From NCBI GenBank assembly GCA_031362565.1, contig JANLSU010000047.1:1-64000 (forward strand): a stretch of DNA of 64,000 nucleotides. The letters run 5' to 3'. Positions 48,301 to 57,334 of this stretch are shown one piece after another. Origin of the DNA: a bacterium. Lineage in GTDB: Bacteria > Krumholzibacteriota > Krumholzibacteriia > G020349025. The number at the start of each line of letters is the position of its first letter. Within the stretch, counting starts at the first letter, position 1. The translations under genes and the position numbers were made by a program. A model generated the notes under the pieces. That model was not told the DNA's origin. It worked only from the letters and a program-made list of their open reading frames with translations, and searched no databases.

Positions 48301-51300
48301 CTGGCGCTGAACGTGCCGCTGGCGGGGCTGCAGTCGCTCCCGGTGGACCCGGTCGACCCGATCGCAATGCCTTCCATGGTCAGCGTGGCACTTTCGACGA
48401 TATCACCGTAGTCGCCGTCGGCGACCAACTCGATCGTTCCGGGGCCGGCGGGTGGAAGAACGACGGGCAACGTGTGTTGGGTCATCGCCCCATCGACGAT
48501 GTACGTCTGCACCGACTGCAGCACGACGGGCTCGCCGGCGAGCGCAATGTCGGGTGCACCGGTCACATGCAACGCCACCGGAACCGTAACCGTGCCTTCA
48601 TCCGGATCGTTGCTCTGCACCAACACGTTGGCGCCATAGTCGCCACCATTGAGCCCAAGAGCATTGAACCCGACGGTGATGTCGACGCCTTGCCCCGGCG
48701 GGATCTGGCCTTGGGCCGGCTGCAGCGTCAGCCACGAAGGCGTTGTCGCCAGAGCGGCGCCCAGGAGGTTTTCGAGCACGAGCCCGGTGTCCTCACCCAA
48801 CGCCAAACCGAATTCGAGGTTGAGCGCCGAGGCGAATACGGTCCCGGCACCGACGCGATATTGCACCAGAGTCGGACGCTCGTGCGAATCGCTCATCAAG
48901 ACCGATGTCCGCGCCGCCAGGTGCGTGAAGAAACCAGCGCTCGCGAAGCTGCCGGTGATGACTGGCGACAAGTCCCGCGCCACGGGATGCTGGGTGTCGG
49001 TGACCTGGTTCTCGATGTCCGCACCGGGCGCGATCCGCAGCCCGTCCGGCATTTTCAAGCGTGCCGCGTCACCCTCCGAATAGCCCCAGCCGGCGGCGTG
49101 GATTTCGAGCACACCGCCGCCACGCAACCATGGCTCCAAGCGACCACCGGCCGCCGACCAGTTCTCATAGGCGCGCGTCGGCTGATCTCCAGCCAGCACG
49201 ATCAATCGGTACTTGGACAAGTCCGCCGCCGCGAGTCCCTCGGTGGTGAGGAGATCGAATGGCAGCGCCATTCCGGTGAGCACCGATTCATCCGCATGGC
49301 CGCCCCACGGTGCAACATCTTGCACCAGCGCGATGCGGGCCGCGGGGCGAAGCGCGCTCTGGATCTGGGCGGGATGGAAACCGGCGGGTGCCTGGTTCGA
49401 ACGCGCCTCGCGGTCTTCGCGCGCGCCGCTCGCATTGCGTGCCGGACGTGCGGCCAGGCGATGGGCCTTGCTCGTGCTGCTCGCGGCTGTCGTCGCGGGT
49501 GCGGGTGCCGTCTCGGCGGCGAGCGTGAAGTTGAGGTCGCTGAACCCCTCGTTCTGGATGTGCAGCGTCTGTTGCGACGTCGCACCCGACAAGAGCGATT
49601 CGGTCAAACTCTGGGGCGATACGGCGATGTCAGGTGGCACCAGGCCTTCGCCGCGTAGCGTCGCCGTCGACGAGATTTCATCCGGATCATCGCTCACGAT
49701 GGTGAGCAGCCCCGTTTCGACGCGGGCCTGGTTGGGGCAGAACTGCACGTTCACATCGCGGAATTCGCCGGGCGCCAATGCGAAGCCGGCGCCGTCCGGC
49801 GTGAACACCGGCGAGTTGCTGTTGACACTCGCGAGCGTCAGCAGATCGGTGCCGGTGTTACGGACGCGGATCGCGAGAGTCTTGCAGCCACCCAGGAACA
49901 CGGTATTGAAGTCCAGCGGGTCGAAACCAAGCGCGTAGCTCAAGACCACACGATGCTGATTCAAGGTGCAGAAGACGTTCACGGCGAACGAGTTCTGGAC
50001 CTGGACGTTGATGATGCCGTCGGCTGCGAAGGTGGCCAATTGGGCCGGTGTGAGAGGAAACGAGCCGTGGCCCTGGGTACAGTCGGCGCCCAGCGAACCG
50101 ACGGCTCCCAAGGTGGTGCCTTCGACCGTCACCGTCGCGGTCTCGACGCCGGCTCCATAGTCACCGTCTGCGAACAACTCCAGAGTTCCACCCAATGTCG
50201 GCGCGACGGGAACCGGCAACGCATGCTGGGTGAGCGCGCCGTCGACGGTGTACGTTTGCGTCGACTGAATGTTGAACTGTGGACCTTCCAATTGAATGTC
50301 GGGGGCACCCGTCACGTGCAGGTGCACCGGGACGTCGACCCGCGACTCATCCGGATCGTTGCTGCTCACTTGCAGCTCGGCGTCGTAGTTGCCGCCATTC
50401 AGGCCGGTGGCATCGAAAGTGAGGGTGAGATTCATCGACGCCCCCGGCGCCACGACGGCAGCGGCGGGATCCGCTGTCAGCCAACGGACGGCGTGGCCAC
50501 TCCAAGCGAGGGCGTTGTGAAGAACGCGTCCAACGTCGCCAGCGATGAATCCCGTGTTGCCCACATAGGCGTTGACGCCCACCACGATATCGTTCTTCGT
50601 CGCCACGAACGGCTGGCCATTGTCCCAGCTTGCAACCAACACTGCGCCTGGCGTCACCGTCGTCGCACCCAAGAGATCGCCGAACGCGCTGGTCACTCCC
50701 TCCATGATGGGGTGCCCTGCATCGAACGTTCCGAGGTTCGCGCTGCCGATCGGGCCACTGCCGAGGGTGAAGGGCAGATAGCCTCCTGAAACCAATCGTC
50801 CGGCGACCGCAAATCCACCGATAAAGGTCGGCACGGTCAGCACCACGCCGCCGCCTGCATCCGCGTAGTCCGCCAGCAGGTCACCGACGCCGGCAGCGTT
50901 TGGAATGGCCGTGTCGCTGGCCAGCATCACGGCGTCGTACGAATTGAGGTCCGCCAGAATCGGCGTGCCCTGCGACAGGTCGAAAACGTCGGTGACCGCG
51001 ACATCGGGATAGGCCGCGATCATTTGCCGGATCGCACTGACGTCGCCGCCCGCGTTCAAGATGAGGAATCGCAGGCCGCCCGTCTGAATGACGGGCGGAC
51101 GCCGGATCGGCCGCAGCGGGTCGGAGCGGCGGGGGACGGCGCCGGCCCGATACGACGGGTTTCGCCCTTCGAAAATGAACGGATGCGAAGCGGAGGGGCG
51201 CGCGATCGTGCGGGTTACAACCGCGGTTGCCTCGACTACAGTCGTACCGCGCACCTGTGCCGCGAGAACCAGGTCGCTGACGCCCAAGTTCTGAACGTTC

Positions 51301-52988
51301 AGAACTTCGGTTGCCGTTTGCCCGGTGAGAAGGTCGCCCGATGCCGACGACGGCGCGAGCGCGATGTCCGGTGGCCCGAGCGTCGTTGCGCTCGCGACAT
51401 TGGAAATCGGCCCCACACCGCCCAGCTCGTCCGCCGCCCGAATCGCGAAGTAGTACACGGTGGAGAAGGCGAGCCCGTTGACGGTCATCTGCTCGGCGCT
51501 CCCCGCCGTTTGCGGATTGGGTTCGCCATTGACCTGAGTGGCGGCCCCGAACGTCGTGTCGTCCAAGGGCGCTGTGGAATAACGCAGATCGTAGTTTGCG
51601 GCGCGGCCGGTCGCGCCGTCATCGCCGGTCGCCGTCCAGTGCAGCGTCATCGAACTGCCGCCCGGATCGACCGCGGTGAGATCCGTGATGGCGCCCGGCG
51701 GCAGGCTGTCGGGTTGGGCGATCGGCAAGAAGGCGTTCAAGCGGCCACCGGTCACGGTGCGGCCCGAGAGCGCTGGGATCGGATCGACGCGCGCCAGGAG
51801 CAGCGTCTTGGCGGACGCGGCGGTGATACTGGGATAGAAGCCGCGGATGAGCGCCATGACGCCGGCGACATGCGGCGTCGCCATCGAAGTGCCGCTCTTC
51901 AGGCCGTACGTGTTACCCGGCTGGGTGCTCAGAATGTCGACGCCCGGTGCGCCCAGATCCACGGTGGTCAGGCCCCAATTGGAGAACGATGCGAGCTGAT
52001 CGTTGTGATCGGTGGCGGCCACCGCAATGATGTTGGGTGAGTCGTAGTTGGACGGGTAGTTCGCGAACGTATCGTTGTCCGAACTGGCGTTGCCGGCGGC
52101 TGCGACGAACGAAATACCGGCCGTATCCGCAGCTCGAATCGCGTCTAACAGCGCCTGCGAGAACCCGCCGCCGCCCCAACTGTTGCTGGTCAGTTGAATG
52201 CCCATGGTCGTCGCGTAGTCCACGGCGCGGATGGCATTGTCCGTCGATCCGGATCCACCGGCGTCCAGGAACTTCAGCGCCATCAAGCGCACGTGCCAGT
52301 TCACCCCGGCGACCCCGATCCCGTTGTCGCCGACCCCACCGATGGTTCCCGCGCAGTGCGTCCCGTGGCTGTGGTCATCCATCGGATCGCCATCGTTGTT
52401 CACGAAGTCGTAGCCGTGGATGTCGTCGATGTAGCCGTTGTGATCGTCGTCGATCCCGTTGCCGGGAATCTCGTTGGGGTTGGTCCAAATGTTAGCGGCA
52501 AGATCGGGATGGGTGTAGTCGATGCCGGAGTCGATGATGCCGACGACGACCGCGGTTGATCCCGTGAACTCGTGCCAGGCCGCTGTCGCCGAGATATCCG
52601 CGCCCGGCGTGCCGCCTGTTTGCCCGGTGTTCTGCATGCCCCAGAGTTCATCGAACCGGGGATCATTCGGGACGTCTAAAGCGTGGTAGATGAAGTTCGG
52701 CTCGATGAACTCGAGATTGGGATCGTGGCGGTGGCGTGCGATGGCTTGCTCGACCGTCAGGCCGCCGATATGCGCCAGCAAAACTTTGGTGCGCCCCAGC
52801 TCCTCAATGTCACGGGCGGCAAGGTCGCCGAGCACTTGGGCGCGATAGGAGGCCGTCGCGGTCTGGCGGAACTTCAGGAGGACTTCGGATTCTTTATATT
52901 GTGCGGGAGCGTTTTGCGCTCGCACCGCCGTGGCCGACAACAACAGGCACAACGCACCAGCCAGGCGAGTTTTTCCAAACGTCGACAT
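42393..52988 (-). CDS. Giant secreted S8 subtilisin-like protease (3531 aa) with FN3, repeated Ig-like (ASH/choice-of-anchor-type) modules, two Kelch propellers and C-terminal FlgD-Ig domain
   Basis: Signal peptide MSTFGKTRL...VRA. Catalytic triad GIIDSG / HGTHCAG / GTSMATP and oxyanion AAAGN. Repeated SNDPDE...LHVTG.PDI. Tail QNTPNPFNPST...SGVYFYR...LLLK. Confidence 0.93.
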   Translation of the reverse strand: MSTFGKTRLAGALCLLLSATAVRAQNAPAQYKESEVLLKFRQTATASYRAQVLGDLAARDIEELGRTKVLLAHIGGLTVEQAIARHRHDPNLEFIEPNFIYHALDVPNDPRFDELWGMQNTGQTGGTPGADISATAAWHEFTGSTAVVVGIIDSGIDYTHPDLAANIWTNPNEIPGNGIDDDHNGYIDDIHGYDFVNNDGDPMDDHSHGTHCAGTIGGVGDNGIGVAGVNWHVRLMALKFLDAGGSGSTDNAIRAVDYATTMGIQLTSNSWGGGGFSQALLDAIRAADTAGISFVAAAGNASSDNDTFANYPSNYDSPNIIAVAATDHNDQLASFSNWGLTTVDLGAPGVDILSTQPGNTYGLKSGTSMATPHVAGVMALIRGFYPSITAASAKTLLLARVDPIPALSGRTVTGGRLNAFLPIAQPDSLPPGAITDLTAVDPGGSSMTLHWTATGDDGATGRAANYDLRYSTAPLDDTTFGAATQVNGEPNPQTAGSAEQMTVNGLAFSTVYYFAIRAADELGGVGPISNVASATTLGPPDIALAPSSASGDLLTGQTATEVLNVQNLGVSDLVLAAQVRGTTVVEATAVVTRTIARPSASHPFIFEGRNPSYRAGAVPRRSDPLRPIRRPPVIQTGGLRFLILNAGGDVSAIRQMIAAYPDVAVTDVFDLSQGTPILADLNSYDAVMLASDTAIPNAAGVGDLLADYADAGGGVVLTVPTFIGGFAVAGRLVSGGYLPFTLGSGPIGSANLGTFDAGHPIMEGVTSAFGDLLGATTVTPGAVLVASWDNGQPFVATKNDIVVGVNAYVGNTGFIAGDVGRVLHNALAWSGHAVRWLTADPAAAVVAPGASMNLTLTFDATGLNGGNYDAELQVSSNDPDESRVDVPVHLHVTGAPDIQLEGPQFNIQSTQTYTVDGALTQHALPVPVAPTLGGTLELFADGDYGAGVETATVTVEGTTLGAVGSLGADCTQGHGSFPLTPAQLATFAADGIINVQVQNSFAVNVFCTLNQHRVVLSYALGFDPLDFNTVFLGGCKTLAIRVRNTGTDLLTLASVNSNSPVFTPDGAGFALAPGEFRDVNVQFCPNQARVETGLLTIVSDDPDEISSTATLRGEGLVPPDIAVSPQSLTESLLSGATSQQTLHIQNEGFSDLNFTLAAETAPAPATTAASSTSKAHRLAARPARNASGAREDREARSNQAPAGFHPAQIQSALRPAARIALVQDVAPWGGHADESVLTGMALPFDLLTTEGLAAADLSKYRLIVLAGDQPTRAYENWSAAGGRLEPWLRGGGVLEIHAAGWGYSEGDAARLKMPDGLRIAPGADIENQVTDTQHPVARDLSPVITGSFASAGFFTHLAARTSVLMSDSHERPTLVQYRVGAGTVFASALNLEFGLALGEDTGLVLENLLGAALATTPSWLTLQPAQGQIPPGQGVDITVGFNALGLNGGDYGANVLVQSNDPDEGTVTVPVALHVTGAPDIALAGEPVVLQSVQTYIVDGAMTQHTLPVVLPPAGPGTIELVADGDYGDIVESATLTMEGIAIGSTGSTGSDCSPASGTFSASLPLLRTLALDGVIQAQVQNTFDVNVFCTINQHTVRVTYPAAVDSIDFGTVFAGGCVTRHLIVSNPGTDPLTVSSIASANPVFTASPGSFALAPGASQNVTLQFCPPVPASEHGTLLVQSDDPDEASVSIELRGLSVIAPDIAVQPDSIHADLFTGATATRTITIANTGGSPLIWSASALAAAGALYVAPATATTGTSNHGTTVSSQVRGAYPLALGAFQPLASCPVPMTCVTADPGSGFIYAQQNEGFAFYRYRRATNSWEPLAACPLFSGNNGGAMILNGKIYTVYTGNGSQLGVYDIVTNTWTTLANGLGNATGNIATDGQYIYLAGPSGFVRHDPVTSQWTFMAQPVAGFTAWGGLQFHAGKLYGHQGDGFQGFETYDIANNQWASLPPLPGGAVLGSCVDPASSVYYAHGSYGGSNWYAFDIATGQWSAVTEPLFPVSDGGMAVVRGPGPGGVYFVQGEGGVGFGRYELSAGWLRTEPASGSVLPGEQQEIAAVFDAAGLIGGDYRATVEIGSNDPDENPVRVAATLHVTGAPEVSLSTTHLDFGSVFVGGTRSLDLQVTNAGTDMLQVSSVVTDPPFSVTATPFTLAVGQQTVLPVRFDPVTPGPSALTLILSSNDPDDPQVAVALSGIGLIPPQIGVAPDSIHADLFTNGVDSTVVNISNTGGSALDWTIVLHPEAAVHGVEPGAQIKAGRDATPAAAGTFAPLSPSPSLLNGLTTDPATGAIYAFQTFGTGFARYEPSIATWTPLAPQPQALIAAGAVVLNGTLYAVSSSDIALRIYDIAANSWSQINSPLFASTTLIATDGTYLYAARSNLFMRYNPATGQIQPLPAPPVFLDWPGGMQFYQGRLYVHQGFTFLVFDPATNQWAGLANVPGYAGVGSAVDPLSHRYYAAGGTGWQVYDFVTQSWSTESNPLFYVSNGGVTFLSQGVNRGVYFAEGSNGFGFGRYVPDIPFLRFQPTGGTVAPGGNQPVRVLFDAHSLIGGDYRVRAEVQSNDPDDVRNVFASLHVTGSPDIDTPNAPIDFGLTFVNSTSRHDLRVANVGTDVLHITRVQTNNPFFGADSLGFDVAAGSFHALQVTFSPLASGVATGVLTLTSDDPDEPSLPVGLSGLGVLAPDVDLEPDSIAVTVSPGAVVSQTLTISNVVPNSYPLAWQCLSSPIPWLTITPTSGLVLGGQSQFVQIGLDARNLPPGQHRTSLIFATNDSDELQINLPVILNITTTGRLTISPATLDLGTIFLNRPVIRAMTAVNTGLAPLAVSAITSGLPDFNAGPQVFTLQPGQSQALLFVAFPTQSGNRSTSLTFTNTSPESLLVVPIVATAAPAPVAAVQPPIIEATTTAGREVVKSLQICNTGGSDLHFTATAVPPAATPVATHAALWLPKEATDPRDGILGHGGPDAFGYRWTDSDDPGGPAFGWIDISNTGALVPLQPFADEQNVGPFPIGFAFPFYGETFASFRVCTNGYISFTNSNSIYGNQVLPSSDPAAPENLLAAFWDDLLVSAANGARILYQSDATRLVIQYDKVTRFSGGAGTPNTFQIILFANGDIVYQYKVVGAVLNSCTTGMQNGDRTDGLTVVFNAPYLHPSLAIRITRPVLPWVKVTPTTGVVAAGACLSLKVAFDAANLPIGDKNAVLLISTNDPDRPTLRGAARLHVVDEVSTGAAVTPQPLDLRVRSGDVSIRLEPPAPLLPSDVVVASLRVGGEVAPLATAPVIGDQDGNGIPDLVLCFDRAAVQRTFSDTGSPALEISGQYTDGRGFRRSAPVTIVRHIVTAPRGGERVACGRPYTIRWSLPLGWTGTRAEISWSPDDGATWATIAADVTGTSVTWTPPNLPTTTARVRVVLADAEGFLARDATDAPFGLERGTTDTEPALLPRAYALLQNTPNPFNPSTLIPFELPSTGWVQLDVFDAAGQHVRRLVHAAYSAGRYTVDWNGRDARGRTLPSGVYFYRMQSGAFTQTRRLLLLK

Positions 52989-53307
52989 TAGTCTTCCCCC
53001 GGGGGCATCGGGTGACGGACTTGTACGGTCGACACGCGCAAGGGAACCCTCGGTTGCGGGCACAGATCTGCCAGCAACCGGTCGACGCATCGATCGCCGG
53101 CCAGAAAATCAGGGAGTGAAACCTGGCAAGAATCTAGCGCGATGGCGGTCAAGAATCCAGTGCGGAGTTAAGATTCCGAATCCGTCCGATGATGGCGGCG
53201 GCACTTCCGCCCCGGATACCGTTGCTTCCGGCGCGACCGCGGCATAGATTTGACCTGCATCGCGCTGCGTGTTTGTGCGTGGTTTCCTCCGTCCGAGGCG
53301 GGACAAC

Positions 53308-54393
53308 ATGTGTTTCCGGTGGCTGAGCGGTGCCCTTGCGCTGGCAATTGGAGCGTTGGCGGTGGGCGGCGCCCGGCCCGCAAGGGCGTGCTGTACCGTG
53401 TCCGCCGACGCGGCCTCGACAATCAATGGCAGTCAGTCCGTGTTGCTGATCTGGGATCCTCAGACCCAGACCGAACATTTCATCCGGCAGGCCTCGTTCA
53501 AGTCCGCGGTCGATCGCTTCGGATTTCTCGTTCCGACGCCGTCGCGGCCGGAGCTTGGAGAGGCGGACGCCGGGGTGTTCAAGCAATTGGCGACGATCAC
53601 CGCGGCCGAGCGCATCAAGAAGGGGCGGACGAAAGGTGGTCGCTCGGCCAAATCCGCAGCGGTGGCGCCCTCCGTCCGTGTCGTCGAACAACGGCTGGTC
53701 GCAGGGTACGACGCCGCGGTATTGCAAGCGTCCGGTGCCGCGGCACTCGTCGAATGGCTGCGGACGAATGGCTATGCATATTCGCCGGAGGTCGAGGCGT
53801 GGGCGAAGCCGTATGTCGACGCCGGCTGGATGATCACGGCGCTCAAGCTTGCCAAGGATACGGCGGCGCGCCCGTCCACCGATGTCGCAGCGGCCGCGCT
53901 ACGGCTGACGTTCAAGACCGACCGGCTGTTGTTTCCGTATCGCGAACCGGACTCGAAACTGCTGGCAGACAAACTCAATCGCGACGGGCGTCTGCTCCGG
54001 ATCTACGTCGTCGCCGATGCACGCTACGCGGGTTCGCTCGCGCCCGATCATCCCTGGACGGGGCGCGCCGTTTGGGCGGGAAAGCTCCGCAACGCGCGCC
54101 AGACGGAATTGCTGAAGACACTGGCATTGTCCGCCGAAAACGTCCGCGGCGATTGGTTCTTGACCGAGTTCGAAGATCCATGGCCCTACGGACTGGCGCC
54201 CGCGGATCTCTACTTTGCACGCGATGCGCTTCAGGACGAGATTCGCCGCCCGCCGGTCATCGAGTACGGCAGCATCGGTTGGCCTGAACGAACGCTGCGC
54301 AACCGCACCGCCATCGGTGCCGGTATCGGCATTGCCATCGCGGCACTGCTGACTGCTTTCCTCCGCTCCCGGCGCGGCTACTCGAACCAGTGA
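53308..54393 (+). CDS. DUF2330-family exported protein with C-terminal TM anchor
   Basis: Signal peptide ending ARA-CC. FGFLVPTP, WLRTNGY, PYV..GW...ALKL, FLTEFED. Terminal TM followed by RSRR. Confidence 0.75.
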   Translation: MCFRWLSGALALAIGALAVGGARPARACCTVSADAASTINGSQSVLLIWDPQTQTEHFIRQASFKSAVDRFGFLVPTPSRPELGEADAGVFKQLATITAAERIKKGRTKGGRSAKSAAVAPSVRVVEQRLVAGYDAAVLQASGAAALVEWLRTNGYAYSPEVEAWAKPYVDAGWMITALKLAKDTAARPSTDVAAAALRLTFKTDRLLFPYREPDSKLLADKLNRDGRLLRIYVVADARYAGSLAPDHPWTGRAVWAGKLRNARQTELLKTLALSAENVRGDWFLTEFEDPWPYGLAPADLYFARDALQDEIRRPPVIEYGSIGWPERTLRNRTAIGAGIGIAIAALLTAFLRSRRGYSNQ

Positions 54394-55571
54394 CCGAGCG
54401 GCGCGCGGAGGAATTGCTCGATCGGGATCCCGTCCCCACCGACCAGCAGCGGGCGGGCGCTGCGATTCGCGTCGAGAAATGCTTGGAGCCCGGAGCGCCG
54501 GTCGCGAGGCCGGCCACTCTTGACCTCCAGTGCCAGCACTTTGCGCCCATGCCGCAGCACGAAATCTACTTCGCGGTTTGCATCCCGCCAGTAGTAAACC
54601 TCCATGTTCGCATCTTCGGCGTGATTGACGAGGTGGGCGCCGATCGCCGACTCCACGACGCGTCCCCAGCGGCTGGGATCCGCGTGCCACTCGGCTTCGC
54701 TCGCTCCGGAAGTCGCGGTCATGAGGGCTGTATTGCGTGCCACGAGTTTCGGACTCGAAGCGCGCTGCCGGACCGCGGACCCGCTCCAGCGCTGGAGCCC
54801 GGTCAACAATCCGGCGCCGTTCAGAAGATCGAGATAGTGTGCGAGCGTCGTCACATTGCCGGCGTCATCCAACTGTCCCAGCATCTTGTTGAGTGACAGA
54901 ATTTGGCCGGAATACTCACAGCCGAGCCGGAACATTTGGCGCAGCAGTGCCGGCTTGTCGATGCGCGTCATGAGCAGGATGTCTTTTGAGACCGCGGTCT
55001 CGATCAACGAGTCGAGCACGTACCTCGTCCAGCGGGCCGGGTCAGCGACCAGCGCCGCGGCACCCGGGTAGCCGCCAAAGTAGAGGTATTGTTCGAGATC
55101 GAAGCCGAACGCCGCACTCATTTCGGACAATGTCCAATGCGTCAAACGCATGACCTCGAAACGTCCCGCAAGACTCTCGGTGAGGCCGCGCTGCACGAGC
55201 AGCGGACTGGATCCCAAGAGGAGCACGCGGAGTGGCACCTTGCGGCGCGTGTCTTCATCCCACAGCCGTTTGACGGTGGACGACCACAGAGGCACCTTTT
55301 GGATCTCATCCAAAACCAGCAGCGCGCCTGTTGCGCCAGCGTGCTGCGCCGCCGTCCGGCCGATTTGCCACTGTGTCTCGAGCCAAGCGCGGGTTTCCAA
55401 GCCGGGATCGTCGGCGCTCGCGGCGTGCACCGGCGCTGCAAGCTGCGCAGTGACCTGCCCGGCGAGCGTGGTCTTGCCGACCTGGCGCGGCCCCAACAAG
55501 ACCTGGATGAAACGGCGCGGCTCCGTCAGCCGCTGCGCCAGGGTCGCCGCTTTGGGATGCAAGTAGGGCAC
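54378..55571 (-). CDS. AAA_14 ATPase with DUF4143 (PD-(D/E)xK-like) C-terminal domain
   Basis: Walker A GPRQVGKTT, Walker B LDEIQ, LGSS, ESLAGR, GGYP, YWR...EVDFV...EVKSG. RBS AAGGAAGG. Confidence 0.92.
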   Translation of the reverse strand: MPYLHPKAATLAQRLTEPRRFIQVLLGPRQVGKTTLAGQVTAQLAAPVHAASADDPGLETRAWLETQWQIGRTAAQHAGATGALLVLDEIQKVPLWSSTVKRLWDEDTRRKVPLRVLLLGSSPLLVQRGLTESLAGRFEVMRLTHWTLSEMSAAFGFDLEQYLYFGGYPGAAALVADPARWTRYVLDSLIETAVSKDILLMTRIDKPALLRQMFRLGCEYSGQILSLNKMLGQLDDAGNVTTLAHYLDLLNGAGLLTGLQRWSGSAVRQRASSPKLVARNTALMTATSGASEAEWHADPSRWGRVVESAIGAHLVNHAEDANMEVYYWRDANREVDFVLRHGRKVLALEVKSGRPRDRRSGLQAFLDANRSARPLLVGGDGIPIEQFLRAPLGHWFE

Positions 55572-55589
55572 GGAGGCCTTCCTTAGACT

Positions 55590-55635
55590 TCTCAGTATAC
55601 TGAGATAATTTACTCAATGCATTGAGTAAAGTCAA
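55590..55635 (-). promoter_or_regulatory. Sigma70 promoter overlapped by two tandem perfect palindromes (CTCA-N6-TGAG core)
   Basis: TCTCAGTATACTGAGA (55590-55605) and TTTACTCAATGCATTGAGTAAA (55609-55630). Minus-strand TTGACT (55635-55630), 17 nt, TAAATT (55612-55607). Confidence 0.75.
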
Positions 55636-55710
55636 TGGTGGCCGCCGGGCCCGCGCCACGTGCGACTCCAGGCACGGGGACGTCGCGCTTCACGGAGTGC
55701 CGGCGCGGGT

Positions 55711-57195
55711 TTACCTGTCGAGCGCCCCATCCGGCAGGAACTCGAGCGGGACGTTTGCGTGGGTGGCGGCGTAGCGGGTGAGTTTCTCGAGGCCGCCGCT
55801 GAAGTTGTAGGCGTCGAGTCCAAGTTGGCGCATTTGGTACGCCAAATGCGCGCTCTTAAGGCCGAGTTCACAATAGGTCACGTACGATTTCGATTTATCG
55901 AGCTTGCTCACCAGCGCCAGCGCTTGCGCGAGCTCCAAATGCAATGCACCCGGGTAGTGCCACGCCCGGTAGGCGTGCACGCTTCGCAAATCGATGACTT
56001 CGGCGCCCGGCGGCACGACGTCGATTTCGAAATCCGGGATCGACAGATCTTCCTTGCCCAAGCGTCGCAAGTCGAGCACCCGCCGTTCCGACAAGAGCGC
56101 GTCGACGTCGAACTGCACCTTGTTTTCGTCTTGCTCGACGGCGTAGGCGTGGGCACCGGTCGCCGGCTTCTCGGGCACGATGTCGCAGTATTCCTTCACC
56201 GTCGCCGAAATATCGTAGGTGCCGATCTCGCGGGCTCGCGTGATGATCTCTTCCTTGTCCATGCCGACGAGCGGCCGCAGAACCGGCAGCGACAAGCGGC
56301 CGTCCAGCGCCCGCAGGTTGCGAAGCGTTTGCGACGACACTTGTCCAAGTGCTTCACCGGTCACGATCGCCTGGGCGCGGCGTTCGTGCGCTACGGCTTC
56401 GGCGGTGCGGTACATGAGGCGCTTCAAGACGAGTTGCCAAAGTTGCGGCTGCGCCGCGGCGCGAATCTGATGCACCACGCCTTCGAACGGCACGACATGA
56501 ATGCGCGCCGTGTCGCCATACTGCCAGCGGCTGCCAATGATCTGCATGACGCGCAGCGCCCCGATCTGATGCGTCGGTCCGCCGAGCCGGCAAAAAACGT
56601 AGTCGAGGGCCACACCGCGCCGCAGAATCATCCAGGCCGCGACCGCCGAATCGAAGCCGCCGGATACGAGTGCCACGGCGCGCCCCTCGCTACCGATGGG
56701 CAAGCCGCGCCATGCGGGCCGCGAATCGTGGAACAAGTAGGTGCGGTTGTCGCGCACTTCGACGTGGCACGTGTGCTCGGGATCCACGAGCTTGACCTTG
56801 CCGAAGGGCGCCAAGCGGGCACCGAGCGCGACTTCGATATCGCGCGAGCGATAGAGCGCGGCGCCCGACGTGCGGGCCCGGACCGCGAAGGTCTTGCCGG
56901 TCACTTGGCCACGAAAAACGGGTTCGGCGACGTCGACGAGTTCGTCGAGCGTACAAAGCGGATGTTCCTCGACCCGCGACACGGAATGCACCCCAAAGGT
57001 GCGGCGTGCCACCTCACCGGCGCGCTCATCCTCGGCCTCGACGACAAGCCGCACCCACCCAGGCTCGACGGTCGCCTCGATCCCTTCGACCCGAAAGGCG
57101 TCGCGCATATTAGCGATCAGCATCCGCAAGAAGCGCCGCCGCGTCTTGTCGGCCTTGGTCGTCAGGTCCGGGCTCAGTCGGATCAGGAACTTCAT
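55711..57195 (-). CDS. thiI: tRNA 4-thiouridine synthase ThiI with C-terminal rhodanese domain
   Basis: THUMP (TFAVRAR), GLPIG, PP-loop SGGFDS, TGEALGQVSSQT, EYC, rhodanese YCELG. Confidence 0.93.
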   Translation of the reverse strand: MKFLIRLSPDLTTKADKTRRRFLRMLIANMRDAFRVEGIEATVEPGWVRLVVEAEDERAGEVARRTFGVHSVSRVEEHPLCTLDELVDVAEPVFRGQVTGKTFAVRARTSGAALYRSRDIEVALGARLAPFGKVKLVDPEHTCHVEVRDNRTYLFHDSRPAWRGLPIGSEGRAVALVSGGFDSAVAAWMILRRGVALDYVFCRLGGPTHQIGALRVMQIIGSRWQYGDTARIHVVPFEGVVHQIRAAAQPQLWQLVLKRLMYRTAEAVAHERRAQAIVTGEALGQVSSQTLRNLRALDGRLSLPVLRPLVGMDKEEIITRAREIGTYDISATVKEYCDIVPEKPATGAHAYAVEQDENKVQFDVDALLSERRVLDLRRLGKEDLSIPDFEIDVVPPGAEVIDLRSVHAYRAWHYPGALHLELAQALALVSKLDKSKSYVTYCELGLKSAHLAYQMRQLGLDAYNFSGGLEKLTRYAATHANVPLEFLPDGALDR

Positions 57196-57334
57196 GAATT
57201 CTCCCTCGCACCACATTGTAGTGCGGCACGGCCCCGAGCGGTGGATTGCCTCCACGGGGACGCCGATCCCGCCGCGGGCGGGGATCGGGCATAATGGCCG
57301 GCGCGCCCACTTGGGTGGGGCGAGGAGGGCTCTT

